A DNA stretch of 64,000 bases from an uncultured Bdellovibrionales bacterium (GCA_964420045.1 CAYQPQ010000001.1:21444-85443), one strand, 5' to 3'; positions 30,501 to 40,949 are shown, counted from the stretch's first letter. Translations and numbers: made by a program. Notes: generated from the sequence alone by a model not told the origin.

Positions 30501-31163
30501 AAACATTTGCCCGAAACGCGTTGAGAGATTGAAATACTCGACTTCTGACAGCACGCGGAACGGTTCGATGCTCTTGATATCTTCTTTCGCTGTTCGGTAT
30601 TGATCTTTCAACGCATCAAGATTCTCTTCGAGACGCTTCGTCGTTCCGGATTCCTCCTTTGCGTCACCCTGCTTTGACTTGTATTCTCGCTCGAGCTGAT
30701 TGATTGCCTGTTCCCGAGCTTCTTCATTGACCGAGGTGACAATATATGAAGAGAAGTACACCACTTTCTCCACTTCCTGCGGAGAAAGACCCAATGCCAA
30801 GCCGATCTTCGACGGCACGCCGCGCAGAAACCAAATGTGCGAGACCGGTGCCGCCAATTTGATATGTCCCATTCGTTCGCGACGAACCACAGACCGCGTC
30901 ACTTCGACGCCGCACTTGTCGCAAACGATGCCCTTATAGCGAACTCGCTTGTATTTTCCGCAGTAACATTCCCAATCCTTCGACGGACCGAAAATTTTCT
31001 CACAGAACAGTCCGTCGAGCTCATAGCGCTGCGTACGATAGTTGATCGTTTCGGGTTTCGTCACTTCCCCGCTCGACCACTCAAGCATGTGCTCCGGGGA
31101 AGCAAGCGTCAAACGCACGCTCTCAAAGTCACTTACTTTGGTAATGCCGGTTTCTTCCATCAT
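27543..31163 (-). CDS. rpoC: DNA-directed RNA polymerase subunit beta'.
   Basis: Zn-binding CYCGKYKRVRYKGIVCDKCGVEV, NADFDGDQMAVH catalytic motif, 1206 aa. Confidence 0.97.
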   Translation of the reverse strand: MMEETGITKVSDFESVRLTLASPEHMLEWSSGEVTKPETINYRTQRYELDGLFCEKIFGPSKDWECYCGKYKRVRYKGIVCDKCGVEVTRSVVRRERMGHIKLAAPVSHIWFLRGVPSKIGLALGLSPQEVEKVVYFSSYIVTSVNEEAREQAINQLEREYKSKQGDAKEESGTTKRLEENLDALKDQYRTAKEDIKSIEPFRVLSEVEYFNLSTRFGQMFTAGIGAEAIRKVLENLDIDQTIERLNEDLEANGMNDEKKTLQRLKLFQGFKKSGLKLEWMLPTMIPVIPPDLRPMVALDGGRFATSDLNDLYRRIINRNNRLRRLLSINAPEVITRNEKRMLQEAVDALFDNSARRGQASTAASTGQRRPLRSLADALKGKQGRFRQNLLGKRVDYSGRSVIVVGPQLKLHQAGLPKKMALELFKPFIIHKMIEKEYAHNVRTAGRMVDAETEEAYEILDEIIEHHYVLLNRAPTLHRLSIQAFQPVLIEGKAIRLHPLVCSAFNADFDGDQMAVHVPLTDEARAESANLMLSSKNLLKPASGEPVVTPSLDMVLGIYYLTHIKKGAKGEGKILSSMKEGVYLYDAGLADANASVKLLFNDEVIDTSIGRILLNDILPESLRFVNAEMTKKDLKGLVAQILATEGSEQAALFADRVKDLGFRAVSHSGISWGMDDLVVPPAKKATIESAERQIAEVKEQYQMGLLTNEERRNRVIEIWNATKNTITELVRESIDKDGPVYSMIYSKARGTESVVVQMTGMKGLMAGPTGETLELPVKSSFKEGFNVLEYFISTHGARKGMADIALRTATAGYLTRRLVDVSQDVIVREADCGDTEGATLYREDSDGVGVSFASRVEGRVSLEQIKTEAGKILVKKGELITKMQAQEIERRDIPKVHIRSVVTCRTRRGVCQRCYGVDLGRASLVQEGQAVGIVAAQAIGEPGTQLTMRTFHIGGVAGSDITQGLPRVQEIFEARQPKGEAVISEVDGKVISILSESSKTISIKVETADGEMKEYLVPNGSGIRVEKGDLIAKGQALIEGSLDLRKLFEVMGRESLHRYILREIQEIYASQGEGINDKHIEVIIRQMLSRIRILDSGDADILPGDIVEKDQFEEANEEAIALGGKPAVGEQLLLGITKVALSTESFLSSASFQETARVLINAAVTGRADKLRGLKENVIIGRLIPAGTGFLERRSATASVPASSEA

Positions 31164-31254
31164 AGTGTTGGGAAAATTAGAGTTGAAGAATACGAATGTG
31201 CGTATTTTTTTGTAAATATCGACTCAATAATTCAAGGCTCATACCTTCCTGCAC

Positions 31255-34200
31255 TTATGAATGGTCATCTTCTTCGGACGCTATCGGTGTTGCACCAACC
31301 AAGTCGACATTGAGACACAATCCTTTCAGTTCGTTCACCAACACATGGAATGATGCTGGAATATTCGGGCTCTTGATTGGCTCACCCTTGATGATCGATT
31401 CGTATGCCTTCGACCGACCAAGCACATCGTCGGACTTGATGGTGAGCATTTCTTGCAATGTATGCGCCGCACCATACCCTTCGAGCGCCCACACTTCCAT
31501 TTCTCCGAATCGCTGTCCGCCGAATTGTGCCTTGCCGCCCAAAGGCTGCTGAGTAATAAGTGAGTACGGTCCGATGGATCGCATGTGAAGCTTGTCGTCA
31601 ATCAGGTGATTAAGTTTCATCACATACATCACACCAACCGTCGATTCATTGTCAAAATATTCTCCCGACTTGCCATCACGGAGTCGGACCTTGCCGTTTT
31701 CCGGAAGTCCCGCTTTGCGAAGTTCGGCTTTAATATCCGCCTCTGTCGCACCATCGAGCGCCGGAGTTGCCACCGTGTGACCCAGCTTCTTCGCCGCCCA
31801 TCCGAGATGCGTTTCGAGGATCTGCCCGATATTCATACGACTCGCCACACCAAGCGGATTCAGGATCATATCAACCGGTGTTCCATCTTCGAGATAGGGC
31901 ATGTCTTCGATCGGCGCAATACGGGAAACCACACCCTTGTTGCCGTGGCGACCGGCAAACTTGTCCCCAACCGAAACTTTTCGAAGCTGTGCTACCGATA
32001 CCTGCACCTGCTGGAATACTCCCATGGAAAGTTTATCGCCTTGCTCTCGTGAGAAGATCTTCACGTCTACCACCTTGCCGCGCTCGCCATGCGGAAGATA
32101 GAGCGATGAGTCTTTCACATCACGTGATTTTTCACCAAAGATGACGCGAAGCAGCCGCTCTTCCGCGGTCAGATCGCCTTCACCCTTCGGAGAAATTTTC
32201 CCCACCAGAATATCGCCCGAGGAAACCTCGGCACCGATACGAATAATGCCTTGTTCATCCAAATTCTTGAGACGATCTTCGCCGATATTCGGAATATCGC
32301 GTGTCACCACTTCGGGACCAAGCTTGGTATCGCGCACGTCGAGAGAGAAGTCTTCGATATGGATAGAGCTGTAACGATCCTCATGAAGCAATCGCTCCGA
32401 CATGATAATCGCGTCTTCGAAGTTGTATCCCTGCCACGGAACAAACGCTACAACGACATTTTGCCCGAGCGCCAATTCGCCGCGATCCGTGGAAGCGCCG
32501 TCCGCAATAAGGTCGCCTTTCTTGAGCATTTGCCCCTTCGCGACACGCGGCACTTGGTTCATGCTCGTAAAGTTGTTCGACTTGGCAAAGCTCTTGAGCA
32601 CATAGGTACGGTCAAAGTGCGCTTTCTTCGAGCCAATGGGCGCCTCTTCGCGCACCACCACATGGCTCGCGTCCACTTCGATCACCTCGCCATCCTGCCG
32701 AGCGAGAATAACCTGTCCGGAATCCGCCGCCGCCTTGTCTTCGATGCCCGTCCCCACGAGCGGCGCATCCGGTACAACGCACGACACCGCCTGACGCTGC
32801 ATGTTCGAACCCATGAGCGCGCGGTTCGCATCGTCATGTTCCAAAAACGGGATGAGTGAAGTCGCCACGGAAATACACTGCTTCACGGAAACATCCACGT
32901 AGTCGATGCGCTCCGCCTCAATCATTTCCGGATGACCATTCACGCGTGCTTCAACAAGCGGCTCCAAGATATTGTTTTTTTCATCGGTTTCGATACCGGC
33001 ATGCGCTATAATTTTACGATCCTCAACAATGGCATTGAGGTAGTCGATAGTGAGTGTGATAAACGGTTTCACTCGAACCGTGCCCGACTTTCGCTCCTTG
33101 GCAATTTTCCCGGCAAGCGATTCATCAATGAGCGTGCACGCCTCGGCCCCGGCGATGGATTCATTGAGAATCCTCCCGATTAATTCTTTCGAATCTTCCA
33201 CGGCAACATCTTTCTGGATACGAAGATATGGTGTCTCAAGAAATCCGTATTCATTGACACGCGCATAGGTTGCCATATGCCCCACAAGTCCGATATTCGG
33301 ACCTTCCGGCGTTTCCACGGGGCAAATGCGTCCGTAGTGCGATGAGTGAACATCGCGCACTTCAAAACTCGCCCGCTCACGCGTAAGTCCGCCCGGCCCC
33401 ATCGCCGAAAGGCGCCGCTTATGCTCCAACTCCGCCAGAGGATTCACCTGATCCATAAACTGTGAAAGCTGCGAACTGGAGAAAAATTCCTTCACCGCAG
33501 CCGCTACCGGGCGCGGATTGATGAGCTGTCCCGGGATAACCGTCTCGACATCGCAGGTACTCATGCGATCTTTGATATTTCGCACCATGCGGTAGAGCCC
33601 CACACGCAGTTTGTTCTGAATAAGCTCACCCACAGCACGAACGCGACGATTGCCAAGATGGTCAATATCGTCCGGACGCGCTTCGGGATCATTGTTGAGT
33701 CGGATAATCTCACGGATAATCAGCACGAGATCATCCACATTGAGTACGCGATTCGCTTCGAGATCCTCGCGATTCGTTTCGAGACGCTGATTGAGACGGT
33801 ATCGCCCGACGCTTCCGAAGTCGTAGCGCTCGTAGTTAAAAAACATCGAATCAATCATTTGCTTCGCGTTTTCCTCGGTCGCCAAGTCGCCCGGACGAAG
33901 CCGCTTATAAACTTCCTTGTATCCCTCACCCTGCGTTCGCGTGGGATCTTTGGAGAGCGTTTCCTCGATATACCGCACTTCTCCAGTATCCGTTTCGGCA
34001 AACAGTTCCCGAAGCGTCGCGTCATTTCCGCATCCGAACGCTTTGAGGAGCGCCGTTACCGGCACTTTTCGCTTCCGATCTATTTTCGCCGAAATAACAC
34101 CGTCGAGGTCGGTCTCAAGTTCGAGCCATGCACCGCGATTCGGAATGATTTTCGCGCCAAACAATTTCTTGCCCTTCTGATAATTCATCGTAAAGAACGC

Positions 34201-34674
34201 GCCCGGAGAGCGAATCAACTGACTCACCACAACGCGCTCAACTCCATTTATAATAAATGTCCCTCGATCAGTCATGATCGGAAATTCGCCAAGATAAATT
34301 TCCTGGTCTTTCACTTCACCGGTTTTCTTGAAGGTCAGCGTCGCTTTGGCGCGAAGCGGCGCTTCATAGGAGATATTTTTCGCCTTCGCGGTCACTTCGT
34401 CATATTTCGGTTCATCGAGATAATAGTCGCCAAGACGAAGTTCGAGATCTTTGTTGGTAAAATCGCGAATAGGATTCACTTCTTCGAGCAATTCTTTGAA
34501 GCCTTTTTCCCAAAACCAGGTATACGAGCTCGTCAAAACATCGATAAGATTCGGGAGCGACACCATGATGCGCCGCTTAAAGAACTTTCGCGTCGACAGG
34601 GACGATCCCGAACGAAACGAGTCACGAATCTTCAGTACTTTCTCCTCTTTTCTCGCGGCTTCTTTTTTGGGCAT
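31255..34674 (-). CDS. rpoB: DNA-directed RNA polymerase subunit beta.
   Basis: Full-length beta subunit, 1139 aa, with conserved regions including GDKFAGRHGNKGVVS. Confidence 0.97.
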   Translation of the reverse strand: MPKKEAARKEEKVLKIRDSFRSGSSLSTRKFFKRRIMVSLPNLIDVLTSSYTWFWEKGFKELLEEVNPIRDFTNKDLELRLGDYYLDEPKYDEVTAKAKNISYEAPLRAKATLTFKKTGEVKDQEIYLGEFPIMTDRGTFIINGVERVVVSQLIRSPGAFFTMNYQKGKKLFGAKIIPNRGAWLELETDLDGVISAKIDRKRKVPVTALLKAFGCGNDATLRELFAETDTGEVRYIEETLSKDPTRTQGEGYKEVYKRLRPGDLATEENAKQMIDSMFFNYERYDFGSVGRYRLNQRLETNREDLEANRVLNVDDLVLIIREIIRLNNDPEARPDDIDHLGNRRVRAVGELIQNKLRVGLYRMVRNIKDRMSTCDVETVIPGQLINPRPVAAAVKEFFSSSQLSQFMDQVNPLAELEHKRRLSAMGPGGLTRERASFEVRDVHSSHYGRICPVETPEGPNIGLVGHMATYARVNEYGFLETPYLRIQKDVAVEDSKELIGRILNESIAGAEACTLIDESLAGKIAKERKSGTVRVKPFITLTIDYLNAIVEDRKIIAHAGIETDEKNNILEPLVEARVNGHPEMIEAERIDYVDVSVKQCISVATSLIPFLEHDDANRALMGSNMQRQAVSCVVPDAPLVGTGIEDKAAADSGQVILARQDGEVIEVDASHVVVREEAPIGSKKAHFDRTYVLKSFAKSNNFTSMNQVPRVAKGQMLKKGDLIADGASTDRGELALGQNVVVAFVPWQGYNFEDAIIMSERLLHEDRYSSIHIEDFSLDVRDTKLGPEVVTRDIPNIGEDRLKNLDEQGIIRIGAEVSSGDILVGKISPKGEGDLTAEERLLRVIFGEKSRDVKDSSLYLPHGERGKVVDVKIFSREQGDKLSMGVFQQVQVSVAQLRKVSVGDKFAGRHGNKGVVSRIAPIEDMPYLEDGTPVDMILNPLGVASRMNIGQILETHLGWAAKKLGHTVATPALDGATEADIKAELRKAGLPENGKVRLRDGKSGEYFDNESTVGVMYVMKLNHLIDDKLHMRSIGPYSLITQQPLGGKAQFGGQRFGEMEVWALEGYGAAHTLQEMLTIKSDDVLGRSKAYESIIKGEPIKSPNIPASFHVLVNELKGLCLNVDLVGATPIASEEDDHS

Positions 34675-34998
34675 AGAAAGACGCTCATCCTTTCTCTCGC
34701 CCCTCGGAAGAACAAAAAACTCTCCCGAAAGACGGCAGTGGATGAGAAATTAGACTCGCTTACAATGAATTGTTATATCTCCGAGACAGAAGCGTTGACA
34801 TTCGCTTGAAAAAGACCCTCCGCACACTTCCTCTTCTATCATATCGTTCCTCTTCTTCCTTGGCAATCTTCCTCCCTTTTGATTCGAATTCGAACCAATT
34901 CCTTGCGAATCTTTCGGGGCTTCTGTCCACAATCATGATTCCCTCAGAGTCCGCCTTTTCTGACTTTCTCAGGAGTATAGAACGCTCACTCCGATTTG

Positions 34999-36186
34999 TC
35001 AAATTGAGGAGCGTCCGGTTAGAGCACTGGCAGCATCCATTCCGATTCGTGACGCACTCCGTCCGCGCAATTCATCCATAAGTGTTGCGTAAAAACGAAG
35101 ATTATGGAGCGACAGCAAACGCGATCCGAGCACTTCGCCGGTTGCAAAAAGATGCCGAATATACGCTCGAGAAAACCCACTGGCACATGCCGCACAGTCG
35201 CACATTTCATCAATCACTCCCTTATCACCCCGAAACCGTTCACTCGTCAGATTGACAACTTCATAGAAAGATTCGTCGAAAACGCTCCGCTCGGCACAGC
35301 GAAGAAATGCTCGGCCATGGCGCCCTTCTCGCGTGGGGATAACGCAATCGAAGATATCCCAACCGAGCGAGTGACAACGCACAATATCTTGCGGCGTTCC
35401 AACACCGAGCGCGAACCGGATTGTATCCTCCGGAATACATGCCGCCGTCTCATGAAGCACCTCTTCGAGAAAATTCCCCACCATATCGAGATGCCGCGCC
35501 CCAAAACCGTATCCGTCGAAACCGATTGCCGCGAGCGCCTCGGCGCAATGCCGCCGCAACGCCATATCCATACCGCCCTGAACAACCGAGAAAAGAAGTG
35601 GCCGTTGTTTCTTGTTGCCACCCACTTTCTGCTCTGCCAATCGCTCTTCATACCGAATCTTGCACCGACGCGCCCAGCGAAGTGTCCGCTCCACAGCAAG
35701 CATCGCCTCTGTCGTCGGAGCGTCATTTGGCCGAGGATCATCCAAGCACACCATCATGTCAACACCGAGATCAAACTGAATATCGATAGCGCGTTCGGGA
35801 GTAAGGAGATACTTCGACCCGTCGATCGGAGAACGAAAAAGCGCGCCCTCCTCGGATACCAAGCCGCACTCCGGGTGCTTATGTATCAGAGAATAGACCT
35901 GATACCCTCCGGAATCAGAAAGTATGGGCGCGTCCCAGCACATAAAAGCATGTACACCCCCCATGCGGGCAATATGCTCCGCCCCCGGGCGGAGCAAGAG
36001 GTGATAGGTATTGACGACGAGCGCTTCGATACCGGAAGAGGCAAGAGCGCCCGGTTCAATACCGCGCACCGCCGCCCGAGTAGCATCCGGCATAAAAAAC
36101 GGCGTTTCCAGAACGCCGTGTGCCGTGCGGATCCGACCCCTCCTCCCAGATCGATCCGCTTGCAAAACTTCGAAATACGAATCCAT
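34999..36186 (-). CDS. tgt: Queuine tRNA-ribosyltransferase.
   Basis: ...TPFFMPDATRAAVRG..., the LSDSGGYQVYSL catalytic region, and a C-terminal Zn site CDCAAC...H. Confidence 0.9.
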   Translation of the reverse strand: MDSYFEVLQADRSGRRGRIRTAHGVLETPFFMPDATRAAVRGIEPGALASSGIEALVVNTYHLLLRPGAEHIARMGGVHAFMCWDAPILSDSGGYQVYSLIHKHPECGLVSEEGALFRSPIDGSKYLLTPERAIDIQFDLGVDMMVCLDDPRPNDAPTTEAMLAVERTLRWARRCKIRYEERLAEQKVGGNKKQRPLLFSVVQGGMDMALRRHCAEALAAIGFDGYGFGARHLDMVGNFLEEVLHETAACIPEDTIRFALGVGTPQDIVRCHSLGWDIFDCVIPTREGRHGRAFLRCAERSVFDESFYEVVNLTSERFRGDKGVIDEMCDCAACASGFSRAYIRHLFATGEVLGSRLLSLHNLRFYATLMDELRGRSASRIGMDAASALTGRSSI

Positions 36187-36239
36187 AGTCCTACCCTACC
36201 TCCAAACGAAATATTCGGTCAAGAATGCTTCATCGCCTC

Positions 36240-38168
36240 TTATTCTCCACTTGCTACCTTGGAGCCGCTCGGCGGGAGAGAGTCATCTTCCCGAAGGCTC
36301 GTCGTTTTTTCCGACGTTCTGGATTGAATCATCTCATTCGTAAAAACATCCGTCGCTTTCGCCAGCGATGGTTGCAGCAATGCAGGGGACGTATTCAATT
36401 GGTTCAGCTCCGGGCGGATTGATACCTGAAACGCCACCGTTCGCTTCGGAGCGAGTATACCCTCGCCAACTCCGAGACTCCCCACACTCCACACAATTTT
36501 GTTGGTGCGCTCATTGTAGGAAATCTTCTCGGTATCCGGAAATGTTTTCCCGGTCCACATGACACCAGTCGGCAAATCCGCCGATACCTCCGCTCCCGTC
36601 ACGTCATTCGTCGTATTCGACAAGAGCCAGTGCAGAGTATACGTAGTATTCTGACCAACCGTCGGAGGAATCGGCCCCGCATTTGGCAATACATTGTCTT
36701 TGTAATATCCGACCGTCTCCAAAAGAAGGCGGGAATTTACCTTGGTCCACATGGTATCGGTTGCCACAATTTTGTTTGCGCCCGCCGGATTCGGAACATC
36801 GGGACTTTCGATTTTTGCCGTCGTTTTGATCTGAAAATCTTTTGTAAGCACGCTCTTCGGAACGAAATCATCCCGAACCGGCACATTGAACTCAATCTCA
36901 CCTGAAGCATTCGGTACGAGATTTCCCAGTTGCGACACATCCGACGCCTTCCATGTAATCACCTTGCGGAGACTGTCATAGGCGCCTTTCTCCGGACGAA
37001 GTCGAGAGAAATCCAACGCATCTCCCTCCAGCTCCACGGTGATAATAGCTTCTCGAAGCGCTATCTCACTGTCATTGCGATACGCTATGGTATAACGCAA
37101 AATATCGCCAGGATTCACGGCTCCCGGCTTTGCGCCGTTTAGCGATTGCCGAATGCTAAAGGGCGCCGCCACGATTCTCGTTATTCGCTCGGCATCACTG
37201 TACGAAAGGAACGTGTTGTCTCCCTGGAATGTGCCAAATTCAACCTTCACCGTTTTGGTTTCATTGGGTACGCCGCTCATGTTTCCCGTGAGGCGAATTT
37301 TGCCACGTTCGCCCGGAGCAATGCTCCCGAGATACCACACCACCTCGCCTTCCGACGGTTTCGGATCGGCATCTCTCAGAGAGAAACCCGCCGGAAATGT
37401 CGCCTTCATGCGCACATTCGATAACGACGAATCGCTCGTATTTTCATAATTCACCAAATAATTCACTTCTCCCGAAGGCGGCACCGAAAGCGGCGCTTCC
37501 AACTCGACAGCAAGAGATGCACTCCGTAAATTGACGCTCTTCTGTCCCGCCGCAGAGAATCGGCTCTGGACATTGTTCGGACGATACCGAAGCTCGGCGC
37601 GAATAAATGCTATCGAATCTTTGGAACCATAAAACTTCCCCGAAAAATCAAGGGTTTTCTTTTCAAAGGCAGAGATATCGCCGATCGCAACACTGCTTGA
37701 CGAGGCATCATTTCGGAATGTGTTCGCGTTTCCCTCTGGCACAAAATTCGGCGGATACGAAACGACAAGCTCGGCATCGGCAAGTCCCGACCGGTTGGCA
37801 TTCTCGTAGGAAATGACGAAATCGGTCAGATCCGAACTATTCACATTGCTTGGTCCTGTGACAGAAACCGAGACGCGGTCCTGCGAAAAGAGCGTTTGAC
37901 GAATGCGCACGAACGTCCCAACAAGAAGCGCTATAAACGCAATCCCGCCTATTGCCAGCATTCCCACACGAATCATCTGCGCTCGGTCCGCAAAAAACCG
38001 GCTGCGAATCGTGCGCCACCCGCTTGTCGCTTCCAACGAAATATTCGCATCATCCGCCGCATGCCCCGGATCAAACGCATCCGCCCGGGAAGATTCGCGA
38101 ATTTCGCCATCATGTTTATGAAGCTGCTCCTCAAGATCTTGTATACCCATAGACCAATATGATCGCAT
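36240..38168 (-). CDS. Large membrane-anchored surface protein with DUF11-like repeats.
   Basis: TM helix (MLAIGGIAFIALLVGTF), then repeated ~100-aa beta-rich modules (..NYLVNYENTSDSSLSNV.., ..ILRYTIAYRNDSEIAL..). The start codon is uncertain between 38150 and 38255. Confidence 0.5.
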   Translation of the reverse strand: MRSYWSMGIQDLEEQLHKHDGEIRESSRADAFDPGHAADDANISLEATSGWRTIRSRFFADRAQMIRVGMLAIGGIAFIALLVGTFVRIRQTLFSQDRVSVSVTGPSNVNSSDLTDFVISYENANRSGLADAELVVSYPPNFVPEGNANTFRNDASSSSVAIGDISAFEKKTLDFSGKFYGSKDSIAFIRAELRYRPNNVQSRFSAAGQKSVNLRSASLAVELEAPLSVPPSGEVNYLVNYENTSDSSLSNVRMKATFPAGFSLRDADPKPSEGEVVWYLGSIAPGERGKIRLTGNMSGVPNETKTVKVEFGTFQGDNTFLSYSDAERITRIVAAPFSIRQSLNGAKPGAVNPGDILRYTIAYRNDSEIALREAIITVELEGDALDFSRLRPEKGAYDSLRKVITWKASDVSQLGNLVPNASGEIEFNVPVRDDFVPKSVLTKDFQIKTTAKIESPDVPNPAGANKIVATDTMWTKVNSRLLLETVGYYKDNVLPNAGPIPPTVGQNTTYTLHWLLSNTTNDVTGAEVSADLPTGVMWTGKTFPDTEKISYNERTNKIVWSVGSLGVGEGILAPKRTVAFQVSIRPELNQLNTSPALLQPSLAKATDVFTNEMIQSRTSEKTTSLREDDSLPPSGSKVASGE

Positions 38169-38559
38169 CACACAGAAAACAGTCCGCACATGTAAGCACA
38201 GTATAACACATCCGACTCCGGAGAACCTTAAAAGGACTTCTCTCGTCCACAACACATGTTCATTATGTCAATGAGAGTTTCTTGGAAGAACGCGTGGAAT
38301 AAAATCCCTGCACCACTACGGCATTCAAACAGTGTCATAATGCACTTCTCCATATATCCCCCAAACCATCGGTTTGATAGTTTTTATACCCAATACTCCA
38401 TCATCTGTTCGGTTTTTCCCTTAAGAGAGAGAAACTTTACGAGCTCGACCATGTGCGCGATAATGAGGAGGCGCAAAACGGAATCGCGCACTCCGTGGGG
38501 GAGGTCGTATATCCACGGTTTTTCTTTTCTCCGAAATCGAAATCCTAGCCAAAAACCGT

Positions 38560-40638
38560 ATGAAACACAGACAGAAAGCGGAAACAGTATCCATCGAATC
38601 CGTGCGAAGACGAAGCGGACGCACGACTTCGTTCAATCCGTACAAGATCGTCAACGCTATCGAAAAAGCACTCTGTGCTACTGCCGAAGGAAACGAGAAA
38701 GACGCCGCCCGCATCGGCAAGAAGGTCGTCTCGCTCCTCGAAAAGAAAGCGCGACACTATGCCAAGCAGAATCTCGGACGATTCATTCCGAAAATCGAGG
38801 AAATTCAAGACCTCGTCGAAACCGTCCTCATGTCGGAAGGGTTTCACGAGACCGCCAAAGCCTATATTCTCTATCGCGAACAGCATCGCGAAGTCCGCGA
38901 AACGGAAGAATCACTCGTTAAAGCGGTGCACCTCGTCGACAAATATATCGGCAACCTCGACTGGCTCGTGAAGGAAAATGCCAATATGGCGTATTCCCTT
39001 CAGGGACTCAATAACTACGTCTCGAGCGCCATCAGCACGAAGTATTGGATGAACACTATCTATTCCAAGGAAGTGCGCGACGCTCATGAGTCCGGCGATC
39101 TGCACATTCACGATCTCCAGCTCATTTCCGCCTATTGCTGCGGCTGGGATCTCGAAGATCTCTTGCGACAAGGCTTCACCGGCGTCCCCGGCAAAGTCTC
39201 TTGCAAGCCCGCCAAGCACTTGGGATCCATCTTGGGACAGATGGTGAACTTTATCTACACACTCCAAGGCGAAGTTGCCGGCGCGCAGGCATTCTCCAAC
39301 TTCGACACGCTCCTCGCGCCGTTTATTCGGAAAGACAAACTTTCCTACGAACAGGTGAAGCAGGAAATCCAGTCATTTGTGTTCAACATGAATGTCTCGA
39401 CGCGCGTCGGATTCCAAACGCCGTTTTCAAACATCACGATGGATATTATTCCACCGAAGATTCTCGCGAAGAATCATGTCGTGATCGGCGGCGAACCGCA
39501 AAAAGAAACGTATGGCGATTTCGCACCCGAAATGGCAATGATCAATCGCGCCTTCGCCGAAGTGATGACCGAAGGCGACGCCTCGGGACGCATCTTCACC
39601 TTCCCCATCCCGACCTATAACATCACCAAGAACTTCGACTGGGAGAATCCCGCCTATGCGCCACTTTGGGAAATGACCGCCAAATACGGCATCCCCTATT
39701 TCGCCAACTTCGTGAATTCTGACATGAGCCCCGACGATGCGAGGAGCATGTGCTGCCGGTTGCGCTTGGACAACCGCGAACTCCGAAAGCGAGGCGGCGG
39801 ACTCTTCGGCGCCAATCCCTTGACCGGGTCGGTCGGCGTTGTCACCATCAACCTCCCGCGCATTGGTTACCTTGCCAAAAATGAGAAAGACTTTTTCAAG
39901 CGCCTCGACCGCCTCATGGATATCGCCAAAGAAAGCCTCGAAGTCAAACGGAAAATCGTCGAACAACTCACCGAGAAAGGACTCTACCCCTACACCAAGT
40001 TTTACCTTGGCAATATCAAGAAGCGCTTTCACCAATACTGGAAGAATCACTTCTCCACGATCGGTCTGGTCGGAACCAATGAGGCAATCAGCAATCTTAT
40101 CAAAACCGATATCACCACCGATAAAGGACAAGCTTTCGCCAAAAAAATTCTCACCCACATGCGTGAGCGGATCGGAACCTACCAAGAAAAGACCAACAAT
40201 CTCTACAATCTGGAAGCCACTCCCGCCGAAGGCACCGCCTACCGCCTCGCCCTCCTCGACAAGAAGTACTATCCCGATATCGTCGTCGCCAACGAGAAAG
40301 AAGTGCGTACCAAACACGCCGAACCCTACTACACCAATTCCTCCCACATCCCCGTCGGCTTTACCGACGACATCTTCGAAGCACTCGACCTCCAAGACGG
40401 ACTCCAAACGCAGTATACCGGCGGCACCGTCCTCCACGGATTCTTGGGAGAGCGCATCAATGACCCCACCATGGCGCGCACGCTCGTCCGCCGCATCGCC
40501 GAGAAGTATCATCTTCCCTACTTCACCCTCTCCCCCACCTTCAGCATCTGCCCCACTCACGGCTACCTCCCCGGCGAACACCAAACCTGCCCGCAGTGCA
40601 TAACCATGCCAACAGCGAAAGAGTATCAAAAAGCGTGA
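38560..40638 (+). CDS. nrdD: Anaerobic ribonucleoside-triphosphate reductase (class III) large polypeptide. It is truncated before the glycyl-radical motif.
   Basis: N-terminal ATP-cone, the catalytic core, and ...LPYFTLSPTFSICPTHGYLPGEHQTCPQC. The stop comes 12 aa later, with no RVxGY glycyl-radical motif. Confidence 0.88.
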   Translation: MKHRQKAETVSIESVRRRSGRTTSFNPYKIVNAIEKALCATAEGNEKDAARIGKKVVSLLEKKARHYAKQNLGRFIPKIEEIQDLVETVLMSEGFHETAKAYILYREQHREVRETEESLVKAVHLVDKYIGNLDWLVKENANMAYSLQGLNNYVSSAISTKYWMNTIYSKEVRDAHESGDLHIHDLQLISAYCCGWDLEDLLRQGFTGVPGKVSCKPAKHLGSILGQMVNFIYTLQGEVAGAQAFSNFDTLLAPFIRKDKLSYEQVKQEIQSFVFNMNVSTRVGFQTPFSNITMDIIPPKILAKNHVVIGGEPQKETYGDFAPEMAMINRAFAEVMTEGDASGRIFTFPIPTYNITKNFDWENPAYAPLWEMTAKYGIPYFANFVNSDMSPDDARSMCCRLRLDNRELRKRGGGLFGANPLTGSVGVVTINLPRIGYLAKNEKDFFKRLDRLMDIAKESLEVKRKIVEQLTEKGLYPYTKFYLGNIKKRFHQYWKNHFSTIGLVGTNEAISNLIKTDITTDKGQAFAKKILTHMRERIGTYQEKTNNLYNLEATPAEGTAYRLALLDKKYYPDIVVANEKEVRTKHAEPYYTNSSHIPVGFTDDIFEALDLQDGLQTQYTGGTVLHGFLGERINDPTMARTLVRRIAEKYHLPYFTLSPTFSICPTHGYLPGEHQTCPQCITMPTAKEYQKA

Positions 40639-40653
40639 AATTCACTCTTCCCT

Positions 40654-40932
40654 ATGGAAATAAAAGAATTACTCCAACAAGGGCGAGATATTTGGGGAAA
40701 TCAAAAATTTACCCTCGGACAGATTATTGTGTGCATGGGAAAAATATTCGGCGATATCTGTCGATGGGAACGCAACGCCACAAAAGACATAAAACTCCAT
40801 ACCGATCACGAGCTCAAGAAAGAACTCGGCAATATCATCTTCTCCACGATTCGATGGTGCGACGACTTAGGATACGACCCCGAAGAATGCATACGCATCG
40901 CCAGAGATTGCCAAAAAGAATTTAAAAAATAA
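40654..40932 (+). CDS. Small MazG-like nucleotide pyrophosphohydrolase-fold protein inserted between the nrdD fragments.
   Basis: 92 aa. ...TLGQIIVCMGKIFGDI ... ELGNIIFSTIRWCDDLGYDPEE matches the MazG/HisE helix pair. Confidence 0.5.
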   Translation: MEIKELLQQGRDIWGNQKFTLGQIIVCMGKIFGDICRWERNATKDIKLHTDHELKKELGNIIFSTIRWCDDLGYDPEECIRIARDCQKEFKK

Positions 40933-40949
40933 ATCGTAAGAAAAAATGT

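Noticed and set aside
33658-34809. 383-aa plus-strand ORF.
   Set aside because: It is antisense to rpoB.
35104-36327. 407-aa plus-strand ORF.
   Set aside because: It is antisense to tgt.
38256-38559. NrdR boxes upstream of nrdD.
   Set aside because: No pair of ACACwATATATwGTGT-like 16-bp palindromes was found. Only partial matches such as CCGTATATCCACGG are present.
38256-38921. 221-aa plus-strand ORF.
   Set aside because: It spans the divergent promoter region and runs out of frame into nrdD. It is Arg-rich with no motifs.
39427-40629. 400-aa minus-strand ORF and the 39839-40603 plus-strand Ser/Pro-rich ORF.
   Set aside because: They are antisense to, or out of frame with, nrdD, which is unambiguous.
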